64,000 nt of DNA, from the NCBI GenBank assembly GCA_964016885.1, contig OZ024763.1:24800001-24864000 (forward strand). The letters run 5' to 3'. The notes below the pieces were generated by a model, which saw only the letters and a program-made list of their open reading frames with translations, had not been told where the DNA came from and made no database searches. Position 1 is the first letter of the stretch; each line of letters begins with the position of its first letter. The stretch comes from Eledone cirrhosa. Lineage: Eukaryota. Shown in pieces: positions 1 through 12,519 of the stretch. A program made the position numbers and the translations under genes.

Positions 1-51
<51 letters not shown>

Positions 52-336
52 CAGACACAAACTATCACACAGACAGACACAAGCATAGATAAAAACACAT
101 ACAGGTACACAAACACACACAGATACAGACACACACATGCACACAGACAGATATGCGAATTCTCACACAGCTACACACACATGCACACATACACAAGCAC
201 ATACACACACAGACAGAAAAACACACACATGCACGTACACAAAGACACACAGATAGACACACACACATACACAACCACATACATACACACAGACAAACAC
301 ACACATACAGATACACACACACACACATACACACAC
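1..336. repeat. (CA)n-derived microsatellite; representative of dozens of (TA)n/(CA)n/(GA)n tracts across the window
   Basis: Direct inspection; other large tracts at 2215-2960, 24395-27130, 28490-29080, 32585-33750, 35390-36215, 38860-39410, 62258-62845, 63445-64000. Confidence 0.95.
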
Positions 337-481
337 TAGGTGAATCAATGTGTTGGAAGCTCACCACAGAAACTTGACCTGCGGGCTATTCCAGTGAAAT
401 CTCTGTGGAATCCTATACCAGAGGAAATATGACACAATATGGACCACAAGACCGGATGCGGCATTCAACCCCCCCCCCCCC

Positions 482-532
<51 letters not shown>

Positions 533-561
533 GACGTAAAATAAGGAAATCTAAAATTTTC

Positions 562-643
562 ACTCCAACTAATTAGTTTCTGTAAGGGGATAAATATAGT
601 TACATAATATAACTATAGAGAATTCCTTACGTCATCAGCGAGT
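562..643 (-). ncRNA. Type I hammerhead ribozyme-like motif, family B
   Basis: Minus strand: ACTCG-CTGATGA-C-GTAAGG..CCTTAC-A-GAA-ACTAATTAGT-T-GGAGT. Confidence 0.75.
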
Positions 644-1582
644 CTATTCTCAGCTAAGTTCCCAGGCGATGCGCGGACACTAGGAACCCATATAAAAATA
701 ATAATAATTCAGTGGATGGAACAAAGCTAGCGAGTACTAAATTCCGGAGCACTGAAAAAATTCACTGCCTCTGGTCAGTGGCAGATTCTAAAGAATCAAT
801 CACGTGACACTGAGGTTAATCAGTTAGGAGCGGGGTGGTATTATGACAAGAGCCTACTACTACCATGAATCAGCAGTAAATTTTGGCAAGTTTTGCCCAA
901 CAAATAATTTGGAGATAAATATAGAGAATTAGTACATTTACCAACATATGTGTACAGATGTTCACCTATGCTAGCAAATATATATGTTATGTCTTACTAC
1001 CTTTGTGGTTCTATGCAGGGGGATGCAGAACAATTATATGAAAGACGTAAAATAAGGAAATTTTAAAAATTAAAAATATATATTATATATATACAAAATT
1101 ATATTTAACTAAATTAAATTAATGGAGTCATGTCCAAGACATGCGCCATATCAACCGTAGAATAAGCTCAAAGATTCCAATGAATAGATCCGAGCATTTT
1201 TATATCAACTAGAAATTGATTGACATATATACACTGTATATCTAAAATAAACACATGAAACAATCACGGGATAATTTGTAAAGTGTGTAATCACACATAG
1301 CTAGGTAGGTAACTAAAGTTTAATTAAAGCTTCAAATATTACCTTTTAATCATTTTTAAAAATATATATATATAGTATTCCGAGGTGGTGTGGAGCCGTG
1401 TAAGCGTGTATAGTATGGTGCAAATTTATACGGGAACAAAACAGAGAGGCAGACAAATAAAAGTTAATTAGGTGAACCTGATAAACCTTTATTTGTCTGC
1501 CTCTCTGTTTTGTTACCGTATAAATTTGTACTATATATATATAAGCGTTTCTGTATTGATGTATACACATAATTATGTGTAT

Positions 1583-1694
<112 letters not shown>

Positions 1695-2259
1695 CATATA
1701 TTTATTAATAATCATTGTAATACATATTTAAGTTATAACAGTTATGCAAAAGTTATGACCTCATCAGACAGCTAGAATTAACATGTCACAAGTGCTTTGA
1801 GAAAGCAACACTAAATATCAACTCAGGGCATATCAACGAATCGAACCAATAGGAGTAATTTTTATTTCTTTTTCCTGTTTTTTTCTGTTCAACTTCTAGG
1901 TGTCTGAGGAAGTCATATCTGTTGCATAACGTTTATCATTGAAAAATATATAGGACAGAGAAATTGATTTCTTCTCTGAATGAGCATGTATGTGAAAATT
2001 CATTTTTCTTCCCCACTCTATATTTTTCTTTTTTTTTCTTATGATCATTAATTTCAATATTTGTACAACTTAACAATATTCTGCTTATCCACAATTAACA
2101 ATGCATTTAATGCTGAAACCGGTATTGTAAATAGATTAATGTTTTCATATTTCACTGAAAAAAATCTATTCAACATTTTCTACTGAAAAAGTCTTTTTCG
2201 TTTCTCCTATTTGTTTATATATATATATATATATCAACTCTTGTGCTACCTTTCTACAT

Positions 2260-2353
<94 letters not shown>

Positions 2354-2416
2354 TATACATATGTATATATATATATATATATACATATGTATATATATAT
2401 ATATGTATATATGTAC

Positions 2417-2516
<100 letters not shown>

Positions 2517-2563
2517 TTGATCACATTTATTAATATTTTGAAGTAATATATGTATATATATAT

Positions 2564-2793
<230 letters not shown>

Positions 2794-2821
2794 GTACATA
2801 TATACATATATATATATATAC

Positions 2822-2948
<127 letters not shown>

Positions 2949-2998
2949 ATATATATATACATATATTACTTCAAAATATTAATAAATGTGATCAAATA

Positions 2999-3064
2999 TA
3001 TTTTATTATATATATTTCAGAGGTACTGTGTTGTTTCCTCAGTACGTCCTCATCAGATAAAATA
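2999..3064 (-). ncRNA. Type I hammerhead ribozyme-like motif, family A
   Basis: Minus strand: TATTTTAT-CTGATGA-GGACGTACTG..CAGTACCTCT-GAA-ATATATAT-A-ATAAAATA. Confidence 0.8.
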
Positions 3065-3152
3065 AATTGATTTCTAACACACCTCAACTGTGCTGATGGT
3101 CAATTCCAGTCTTTTAACCATCAGCTCAATTGAGGTATTTCAGACATCAATT

Positions 3153-3218
3153 TATTTCATCTGATGAGGACGTACTGGGGAGACAGCACAGTACCTCTGA
3201 AATGTATATAATAAAATA
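3153..3218 (+). ncRNA. Type I hammerhead ribozyme-like motif, family A
   Basis: TATTTCAT-CTGATGA-GGACGTACTG..CAGTACCTCT-GAA-ATGTATAT-A-ATAAAATA; inverted partner of 2999-3064. Confidence 0.75.
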
Positions 3219-3370
3219 TATTTGATCAAATCAATGTCTATATTTATTAATATTTTGAAATAATATTAATAACTCCAGAAAACTTCACTGTTGAGTGCTT
3301 CTAATCTATTGTAAAACTATATTCATTGATTAATCAATGAACCTTGTTTAACGTTTGGTTATATATACAT

Positions 3371-3462
<92 letters not shown>

Positions 3463-3780
3463 TTTATCACCGTCCACATTTCAGTGTCAAACACATCAGT
3501 CGACCCAGTGTTTCCTCCTTGTAATGTCCTCCAACATCTTAAACCCTTCTGGTGAATAAAATAAATGTGTATTATTATTATTAATAATATATTTCCCTTG
3601 TTATTTTTATAATAAGAGTAGGCCATCTTTTATCTAGAGGCTGCGTGCAAAATTCATATATATTGTGCCAACGATTCTTCCTACACAAACACACAAACTC
3701 ACGTATATATATATGTAAGGACACACACAAACATATATATATACATGTGTATATATAAATATGTATTTATATATATATAT

Positions 3781-4059
<279 letters not shown>

Positions 4060-4258
4060 CATCACATGATTACCCCAGGCAATACCACTAGGACCAACGC
4101 CACCACACACCAACAACACCACCACCACCACCAACACCACCAATACCACCACTCCTGACTATAAAAACATGAGCAAACAGCAATAATGAAAACTTTCCCT
4201 CCATACTCCGCTCACACCCAACAATGGCCGAACACTATAAAAAAAGAGAAGAGAGACA

Positions 4259-4293
<35 letters not shown>

Positions 4294-4294
4294 A

Positions 4295-4337
<43 letters not shown>

Positions 4338-4570
4338 TAATGATTTCATTTATTAGCCACAAGGGCCGACATGTAGGGGACAATACAATAATCAATAATA
4401 ATAATAACAATAATAATAATAATAAACGTAAAGAAAATAAGAATGAAGAGAGAGGCAGGCGGACGGACAGAGAAGAGGGGGGAAAAAGTAAAACTTAAAA
4501 AACAAAAACTAAGTCAGACATTCGAATACTACATTACAATGAAACTTATGCTTATTCATTTTTGGGGCCC

Positions 4571-7500
4571 TTTCTGCCCGTGTGTTTGTTTGTTTATGTG
4601 TGTCCGTATACAGCGTGGTGATAATGCCACACAAGGGCCAAGTGGGATGGCGGATCCACAGATGGCTATGTAAACATACATTCGCCAATCCTCGATAAGA
4701 GTGTTTAAATATCGAACATAAACAGTTCGAATAACGGTGAAATGGAGACTAGAACGTCATGTGACAGACTCTCACCCAACAGGTGCCCCCTGGCTCAGCA
4801 GCAGGAACCTGACTGTCAACGAAATACTGCTGATGTTGGAGGAAGAAGAAGAAGGAAAGGGGCCAGAACCAACTGGACGAAAGAATTGAATAGAACTGTT
4901 ATGCAATGCTACCTGAAAAGTAACCCCAAGGAGAGGGGCTACAGGAGACGGATGCATAACATCTGGAACGAGATTGGTTTATTTAAATTAGATGAACAAA
5001 AATTGGCCGGGCAGGCTCGGGTAATAAGAACTAATGGGTGGATAAGCGAGCTGGAACTGGAGGAACTGAGCAGAGAGAATGGCTTGGAGATGGCGGGTGT
5101 AGTATGCCAGACAAGCGAGCCGGCGGGAAATGAAGGTGAGGAGGTCCTGAGAGCGGAGGAACCACCCGAAGCAGACAATGATCTGAATACTGAGATAAAT
5201 AATACCTGGAACAGAGATACGGCCACTGAGGAGATGAATGCTGACGGGCTAGGACAAGATTCGGTTGACATCCTAAATTTAGTGGTAGATGAGTTGAACA
5301 ATGATAGTGGGAGACCTATGAACCTAAGATTTGTAGACAGGAAAAAGTTAAAAGAAACAACAGCTAAGGTAAACAAAGTCATCCCATACCTTGAGGCGAG
5401 GAGTCTTCACCAGTGCAACAATATCCTCAAAGCAACAGCAAATACGGTGAGGAAACTACTTGGTATAAAAGCGAGAGGAAACAACAGACAAGAAAGAGCA
5501 GAGCCGTGGTGGAAGAAGCGACTGAGTGGGCAAATCGGGGAAATGAGAAATGACATAGGAAAGCTTGAGTCACTACTGAATGGGACACTAAAAAACATAG
5601 GCACTAAAAATAGACTGGAAATAAAATACAAAACTAGGAGTAAAAAGCTAAATATTATCATAGAGGAATTGAAGCAACGCATTGTAGCAAAGAGTGCCAA
5701 AATCAGGCGATACGAGAACAGAGTCAGTCAGTATAAACAGAACCGCATGTTCGACAACAACCAGAAGATGCTGTTTGGACAGCTTGAGGGGAAAGAAAGA
5801 GGCACCGACTTGATCCCTGGGGCGGAACAAGCTAAAACATTCTGGAGAGGAATATGGGAGCAGGATGTTAGACACAATGCCCAGGCAGGGTGGATTGAGA
5901 CAGTACAGAGGGAGATCGGTGAGCAGGCACAGCAACAGACTGATTTGAGTATCACAGTTGAAACTCTTAAGGGGCAAGCCAAAAAACTAACCAACTGGAA
6001 ATCACCAGGCCCAGATGGTGTGCAGGGGTATTGGATTAAACATTTAACATCCCTCCACCCGAAGCTGACGGCCATGTTCAATGACTGCTTGGTGTCGGGT
6101 GAGGTGCCAGAGTGGTTGACAAAAGGTACCACAGTTCTGATAATGAAAGACCGAATCAAGGGTAATGATGTTACCAACTATAGACCTATCACATGTCTGC
6201 CCGTAATGTGGAAACTGTTGACGAGCATTGTGTCTGAGGAAATCTACCATCACCTCCACACAAACAACTTGTTGCCGGACGAACAGAAAGGATGCCGAAA
6301 GAAGTCACGTGGTACAAAGGACCAGTTGCTTATTGATAAGATGGTAATGGGGAATTGCAGGAGGAGACACACTGATCTTGCCATGGGATGGATAGACTAC
6401 AGAAAGGCATTTGACATGGTGCCTCATTCCTGGATCACCAAAAGCCTGGAGATCTTCAGGGTGGCAGATAACATCAGAGAGTTGCTGGGCAGGAGTATGG
6501 GGTCCTGGGAGACAGAGTTGACATCAACTGGAGTATCCTTGGGAAGCGTGAAGATCAAGAGAGGTATCTTCCAGGGAGATAGCCTGTCCCCTCTGTTGTT
6601 TGTCCTTGCCCTGATGCCCTTGACCATTATGCTGCGAAAAGTGAGAGCAGGATACAAGTTGGGAAGGGGAGAGCTTACCATCAATCACCTCCTCTTCATG
6701 GACGATCTTAAGCTCTTCGGGAAAAGTGAGAAGGAGTTGGATGTGCTTGTTGACACTGTCCGTATTTTCAGCAGTGATATATGTATGCAGTTTGGTATTG
6801 GTAAATGTGGAGTCATTGTGATGAGGAGGGGTAGGTTGAGCAGAAGTAACGGGATCCAGATACCAACAGGTGAGATGATAAAGGAAATTGACTCTGAGGA
6901 AGGATACAAGTATTTGGGCGTTCTGGAGGCTGATGGCATAAAGAACAAAAAAATGAAGGAATTGTTAAGAACTGAATACATTCGGAGAGTAAGGAGCGTA
7001 TTGAAGTCACATCTGAACAGCAGAAATGCCATAAGCGCAGTAAATTCCCGAGCTGTGTCTATTATTAGGTACAGTGCGGGAATTCTGAGATGGAATGTTG
7101 CTGAACAAAAAGAAATGGATAGGAAGACTAGGAAGCTATTGACTATCTACAACATGTTCCACAAGAGGAGTGATGTCGATAGACTCTACCTAAGGAGATC
7201 TGAGGGTGGAAGAGGTCTTATCAGCATAGAGGACTGTGTTCAGATGGAGAAAAACAACCTATACAAATACGTGACCTATAGTAAGGAGCCAATGCTCAGA
7301 GCTGTACTGAAGGAGGGGAGAGTAGGCCAGGGGATACCCAAGGAGGAAATAACATCAAGGAGGAAGAGCAGCCTTAAGGGAAAATCCCTTCATAGTACCT
7401 TCTTTGAGAAAACTGAATTTAGAGATCCACAGACATGGAACTGGTTGAGAAGAGGAGACCTCAAAAAGGCTACAGAAGGAATGCTAATGGCTGCGCAGGA

Positions 7501-8208
7501 GCAGGCCCTCAAAACGAAGTGGTTGAAGCACCATATCTACAAGGAGGAGGCTAGCCCACTGTGCAGGATCTGTGGAGAGAGAGAGGAGACTGTGGCTCAC
7601 ATTGTGTCCGAGTGTAAACACCTAGCCCAGACCCACTATAAGGGCTGGAGACACGATGTGATGGGCAGGGTGATCCACTGGCACCTGTGCAAAGTAAACA
7701 ATCTACCACATTCTGAGAAATGGTATGAGCATAGGCCAGAGGCGGTGATGGAGAACAGTCAGGTGAAGGTGCTGTGGGATTTTAGGATACAGACGGACAA
7801 AAAACTGGAACACAATAGACCTGACCTGGTGGTTGTGGACAAAGAAAAAAGATCGTGCCTGATTGTGGATGTGGCCTGCCCGTTCGACACGAGAGTGCAA
7901 GAGAAGGAGAGGGAGAAAATTAACCGATACCAGGACCTAAAGTGGGAGGTGAAAAGGATTTGGAACTGCCATGAAGTCAAAGTGATCCCGATTGTCATAG
8001 GCGCACTGGGGACTATCTCCAAAGGTTTCCAGGGATGGTTAAAGAAAATCGGCCCCTTCACGCTTTTTGGAACGCTTCAAAAGGCATGCTTGCTTGGAAC
8101 GGCAAGAACCCTCCGATACGTCCTGAATATCTGAGGCTGCAGGTAGTGGCTTGATATTCAATCCAACGGACTTTCCAGTTAACCAACATCAATGACTGAG
8201 ATTCAAGG
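4571..8208 (+). mobile_element. Probably full-length R4/Dong-like retrotransposon adjoining an (AAT)n microsatellite
   Basis: ORF plus a ~75 nt 3' UTR running directly into AATAAC/AAT repeats at 8209; (AAT)n also at 4258-4424; 5' boundary approximate. Confidence 0.85.
4742..8134 (+). CDS. R4/Dong-clade (RLE-type) non-LTR retrotransposon ORF, 1130 aa: reverse transcriptase, CCHC zinc knuckle, PD-(D/E)xK restriction-like endonuclease
   Basis: Uninterrupted ORF with RT motifs KSPGPDG, YRPITCL, IDYRKAFD, GIFQGDSLSP, FMDD, YKYLG; C-terminal CRIC..ETVAHIVSEC, RHD, NRPDLVVVD..VDVACP..EKINRY; no APE domain. Confidence 0.95.
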   Translation: METRTSCDRLSPNRCPLAQQQEPDCQRNTADVGGRRRRKGARTNWTKELNRTVMQCYLKSNPKERGYRRRMHNIWNEIGLFKLDEQKLAGQARVIRTNGWISELELEELSRENGLEMAGVVCQTSEPAGNEGEEVLRAEEPPEADNDLNTEINNTWNRDTATEEMNADGLGQDSVDILNLVVDELNNDSGRPMNLRFVDRKKLKETTAKVNKVIPYLEARSLHQCNNILKATANTVRKLLGIKARGNNRQERAEPWWKKRLSGQIGEMRNDIGKLESLLNGTLKNIGTKNRLEIKYKTRSKKLNIIIEELKQRIVAKSAKIRRYENRVSQYKQNRMFDNNQKMLFGQLEGKERGTDLIPGAEQAKTFWRGIWEQDVRHNAQAGWIETVQREIGEQAQQQTDLSITVETLKGQAKKLTNWKSPGPDGVQGYWIKHLTSLHPKLTAMFNDCLVSGEVPEWLTKGTTVLIMKDRIKGNDVTNYRPITCLPVMWKLLTSIVSEEIYHHLHTNNLLPDEQKGCRKKSRGTKDQLLIDKMVMGNCRRRHTDLAMGWIDYRKAFDMVPHSWITKSLEIFRVADNIRELLGRSMGSWETELTSTGVSLGSVKIKRGIFQGDSLSPLLFVLALMPLTIMLRKVRAGYKLGRGELTINHLLFMDDLKLFGKSEKELDVLVDTVRIFSSDICMQFGIGKCGVIVMRRGRLSRSNGIQIPTGEMIKEIDSEEGYKYLGVLEADGIKNKKMKELLRTEYIRRVRSVLKSHLNSRNAISAVNSRAVSIIRYSAGILRWNVAEQKEMDRKTRKLLTIYNMFHKRSDVDRLYLRRSEGGRGLISIEDCVQMEKNNLYKYVTYSKEPMLRAVLKEGRVGQGIPKEEITSRRKSSLKGKSLHSTFFEKTEFRDPQTWNWLRRGDLKKATEGMLMAAQEQALKTKWLKHHIYKEEASPLCRICGEREETVAHIVSECKHLAQTHYKGWRHDVMGRVIHWHLCKVNNLPHSEKWYEHRPEAVMENSQVKVLWDFRIQTDKKLEHNRPDLVVVDKEKRSCLIVDVACPFDTRVQEKEREKINRYQDLKWEVKRIWNCHEVKVIPIVIGALGTISKGFQGWLKKIGPFTLFGTLQKACLLGTARTLRYVLNI

Positions 8209-8220
8209 AATAACAATAAC

Positions 8221-8257
<37 letters not shown>

Positions 8258-8434
8258 GTCATAATAATAGTAGTAATAATAGTAATAATGATTTCTTTAT
8301 TGGCCACAAGGGCTGACATCAATAAAAAAAACATTGCAGACGGTACAGGACGGTACAGGACGGTACGATGTGGGTTTTGTGCGTGTAAAGATTTTTATTA
8401 TTTATATAGAAAAGGAAAAGAAAAAGACATAGAA

Positions 8435-8495
<61 letters not shown>

Positions 8496-8626
8496 AGCAA
8501 TAATAATAGTAATCATAATAATAATGGTATCACTGATATGGTTGACACTGTTTGTTGCCTTTTATGACTGGCAGTTATAAAATTGCCGCCGTAAATCAAC
8601 CAATAATCGGAGTTAAGGAACGTATA

Positions 8627-8704
<78 letters not shown>

Positions 8705-8767
8705 AATGTATGTATATATATATGTATATATATATATATATATACACACACACAAACACACTCACAT

Positions 8768-8821
<54 letters not shown>

Positions 8822-8838
8822 GTACACAAATGTATGTA

Positions 8839-8876
<38 letters not shown>

Positions 8877-8882
8877 AATGTA

Positions 8883-8936
<54 letters not shown>

Positions 8937-9221
8937 CACAATGGAGGCTTCTACACGGGTGTGTACTTTACGAGAGACTATTGACTGGGTTAAGGGCCTT
9001 GTCACACGTCCCTGCAACTTGTTTTATAACCTTTTTATCTTCGCCGATGGAAATATCTAAAAAACGAAAAGTATGGAGACATATAAATGGCCTGTATGTG
9101 GTCCTTCTACATGCTACAAATAATCGCTAAATTTCTCTCACATCACGCTTTATCGTCTTACAGAAGTGAAGGGCAATTCGGATAATTTTGTTTTGTATAT
9201 ATGCCGCTATTTTTCTAAATT

Positions 9222-9693
9222 TAGAGAGCAGAGCGCTGATACTGTGAAGATATGGTTAGAATGTCTCAGAAAAGAATCACTGAAGAGATTTGAGAGATCA
9301 CAGCTCTGCAAATTACAGACATGTGGTTAGGATGTCTCATGTAAGAATTACAGGATAGATTTGAGAGATCACAGCTCTTAAATTACAGACATGTGGTAAG
9401 AACGTCCCAGGAAAGAATCACTGGACATATTTGAGAGATCACAGCTCCAATATTACAGACATGTAGTTAGAATGTCTCAGGAAAGAATCACTGGACATAT
9501 TTGAGAGATGACAGCTCCGCAAATTACAGACATGTGGTTAGGACGTCTCATGTAAGAATCACTGGACAGATTTGAGAGATCACAGCTCTGAAATTACAGA
9601 CATGTGGTTAGAAATTACAGACATGTGGTTAGAAATTACAGACATGTGGTTAGAAATTACAGACATGTGGTTAGAAATTACAGACATGTGGTC
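9222..9693 (+). repeat. 70-71 bp minisatellite derived from RTE LINE coding sequence, ending in 21-bp subrepeats
   Basis: TGAGAGAT recurs at 9291, 9362, 9432, 9502, 9573; GAAATTACAGACATGTGGTTA repeated about 5 times. Confidence 0.85.
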
Positions 9694-10045
9694 AGGAAAG
9701 AATTGGAGAGATTTTACTTGTAAGGTCAACCGGCATGAGACCCAGGGGTAGAGCCGAAGCAAGATGGTTCGGTAACATCCATGAGCTTGGGTGGACTCGC
9801 TTGGGGATCCACACCTGGAGTAATTGGAGATAGTTGTTTATGACAGGAACTTCTAGAAAGAGTGTTCAAGGACTCTCAACCCCCCTCTCCCTCTCCCTCC
9901 AAGCCCTTCCCAAGACTAAGTGGGCGAAGAAGACTTGCTTGAGGATCCACCTGGAGCAATTGGAGACGGATGCTTCTGACAGAACCCGCCGGAAGAAGTG
10001 CTTGAGGTCTCTGCCCTTCGACCCTCTGGCGTATAATAATAATAA
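9694..10045 (+). mobile_element. RTE-clade (Expander/Rex3-like) LINE 3' end, degenerate, two partial copies
   Basis: Translates as GMRPRGRAEARWFGNIHELGWTRLGI and LRIHLEQLETDASDRTRRKKCLRSLP. Confidence 0.7.
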
Positions 10046-10459
10046 GAAGAAGAAGAAGAGGAAGAGGAAGAGGAAGAAGAAGAAGAAGGTAAATGGTTGA
10101 ACACAAAATGGCTGGTCATGGAGAGAATGACTTTTTCATTGCATGTCTGCTCGATATTGATGGACCCTGGACCTAACAACAACACCACCACCAACAACCA
10201 CTACTACTACCACAACAACACCACCAACAACCACTACTACTACCACAACACCACCACCAACAGTTATGACATGCTCCATAATGTATTATTGATAGACCGT
10301 GGGTATAAAAAATACTTCAAAAAGACATGATGGGCACGTCCGGAACACTTGTTATACCATGTTTTATTGACACTGTCAAGGATGACACACAGCTGGACAA
10401 CAACAACAACAACAGGAACAACTGCAACAACAACAATAGCAACAACTACAACTACTACA

Positions 10460-12200
10460 CTACAACAACACCGCCAAAAACCACTACTACTACACTACAA
10501 CAACACCGCCAAAAACCACTACTACTACTACAACAACACCACCAACAGCCACTACTACTACCACAACAACACCACCAACAGCCACTACTACCACAACAAC
10601 ACCACCAACAGCCACTACTACTACCACAACAGCACCACCAACAGCCACTACTACTACCACAACAGCACCACCAACAACCACTACTACTACCACAACAACA
10701 CCACCAACAGCCACTACTACTACCACAACAACACCACCAACAGCCACTACTACTACCACAACAACACCACCAACAGCCACTACTACTACCACAACAACAC
10801 CACCAACAACCACTACTACTACCACAACAACACCACCAAAAACCACTACTACTACCACAACAACACCACCAACAACCACTACTACTACCACAACAGCACC
10901 ACCAACAACCACTACTACTACCACAACAGCACCACCAAAAACCACTACTACTACCACAACAACACCACCAACAGCCACTACTACTACCACAACAACACCG
11001 CCAAAAACCACTACTACTACCACAACAACACCACCAAAAACCACTACTACTACCACAACAACACCACCAAAAACCACTACTACTACCACAACAACACCAC
11101 CAAAAACCACTACTACTACCACAACAACACCACCAAAAGCCACTACTACTACCACAACAGCACCACCAAAAACCACTACTACTACCACAACAACACCACC
11201 AAAAACCACTACTACTACCACAACAGCACCACCAACAGCCACTACTACTACCACAACAGCACCACCAAAAACCACTACTACTACCACAACAGCACCACCA
11301 ACAGCCACTACTACTACCACAACAACACCACCAAAAACCACTACTACTACCACAACAGCACCACCAACAGCCACTACTACTACCACAACAACACCGCCAA
11401 AAACCACTACTACTACCACAACAGCACCACCAAAAACCACTACTACTACCACAACAACACCACCAACAGCCACTACTACCACAACAACACCACCAACAGC
11501 CACTACTACTACCACAACAGCACCACCAAAAACCACTACTACTACCACAACAACACCGCCAAAAACCACTACTACTACCACAACAGCACCACCAACAGCC
11601 ACTACTACTACCACAACAGCACCACCAAAAACCACTACTACTACCACAACAACACCACCAACAACCACTACTACTACCACAACAACACCGCCAAAAACCA
11701 CTACTACTACCACAACAGCACCACCAAAAACCACTACTACTACCACAACAACACCACCAACAACCACTACTACTACCACAACAACACCACCAAAAACCAC
11801 TACTACTACCACAACAGCACCACCAAAAACCACTACTACTACCACAACAGCACCACCAAAAACCACTACTACTACCACAACAACACCACCAACAACCACT
11901 ACTACTACCACAACAACACCACCAAAAACCACTACTACTACCACAACAGCACCACCAACAGCCACTACTACTACCACAACAGCACCACCAAAAACCACTA
12001 CTACTACCACAACAGCACCACCAAAAACCACTACTACTACCACAACAGCACCACCAAAAACCACTACTACTACCACAACAGCACCACCAACAGCCACTAC
12101 TACTACCACAACAGCACCACCAAAAACCACTACTACTACCACAACAGCACCACCAAAAACCACTACTACTACCACAACAACACCACCACCACCACCAAGA
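10460..12200. repeat. 33-bp minisatellite (CCACTACTACTACCACAACA(A/G)CACCACCAA(C/A)A(G/A)), about 50 copies
   Basis: 11-codon periodicity visible in all ORF frames. Confidence 0.95.
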
Positions 12201-12369
12201 ACACCACCAATAGCCACTACTACTAGTACTACAATAACAACACCACCAACAACAACCACTACTACTACTACTACTACACTACAACATCAATGCCACCACC
12301 AAGAACACCACCAACAACCACTACTACTACTACTACTATTACACTACAACATCCACACCACGAACATCC

Positions 12370-12407
<38 letters not shown>

Positions 12408-12485
12408 ACTACAACATCAACACCACCAACAGCCACTACTACTACTACTACTACTACTACACTACAACATCAACACCACCAAAAT

Positions 12486-12519
<34 letters not shown>

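Larger units (their letters stand above)
2960..3360. mobile_element. Fold-back non-coding element with a hammerhead motif in each arm, in (TA)n (Penelope-like pLTR-derived, inferred)
   Basis: Arms ~2963-3100 and ~3115-3270 are imperfect inverted repeats; flanked by (TA)n. Confidence 0.65.

Noticed and set aside
10327-12259. 600-aa ORFs (PLLLPQQHHQ / HYYYHNNTT repeats)
   Set aside because: Open in several frames on both strands; artefact of a stop-free 33-bp minisatellite
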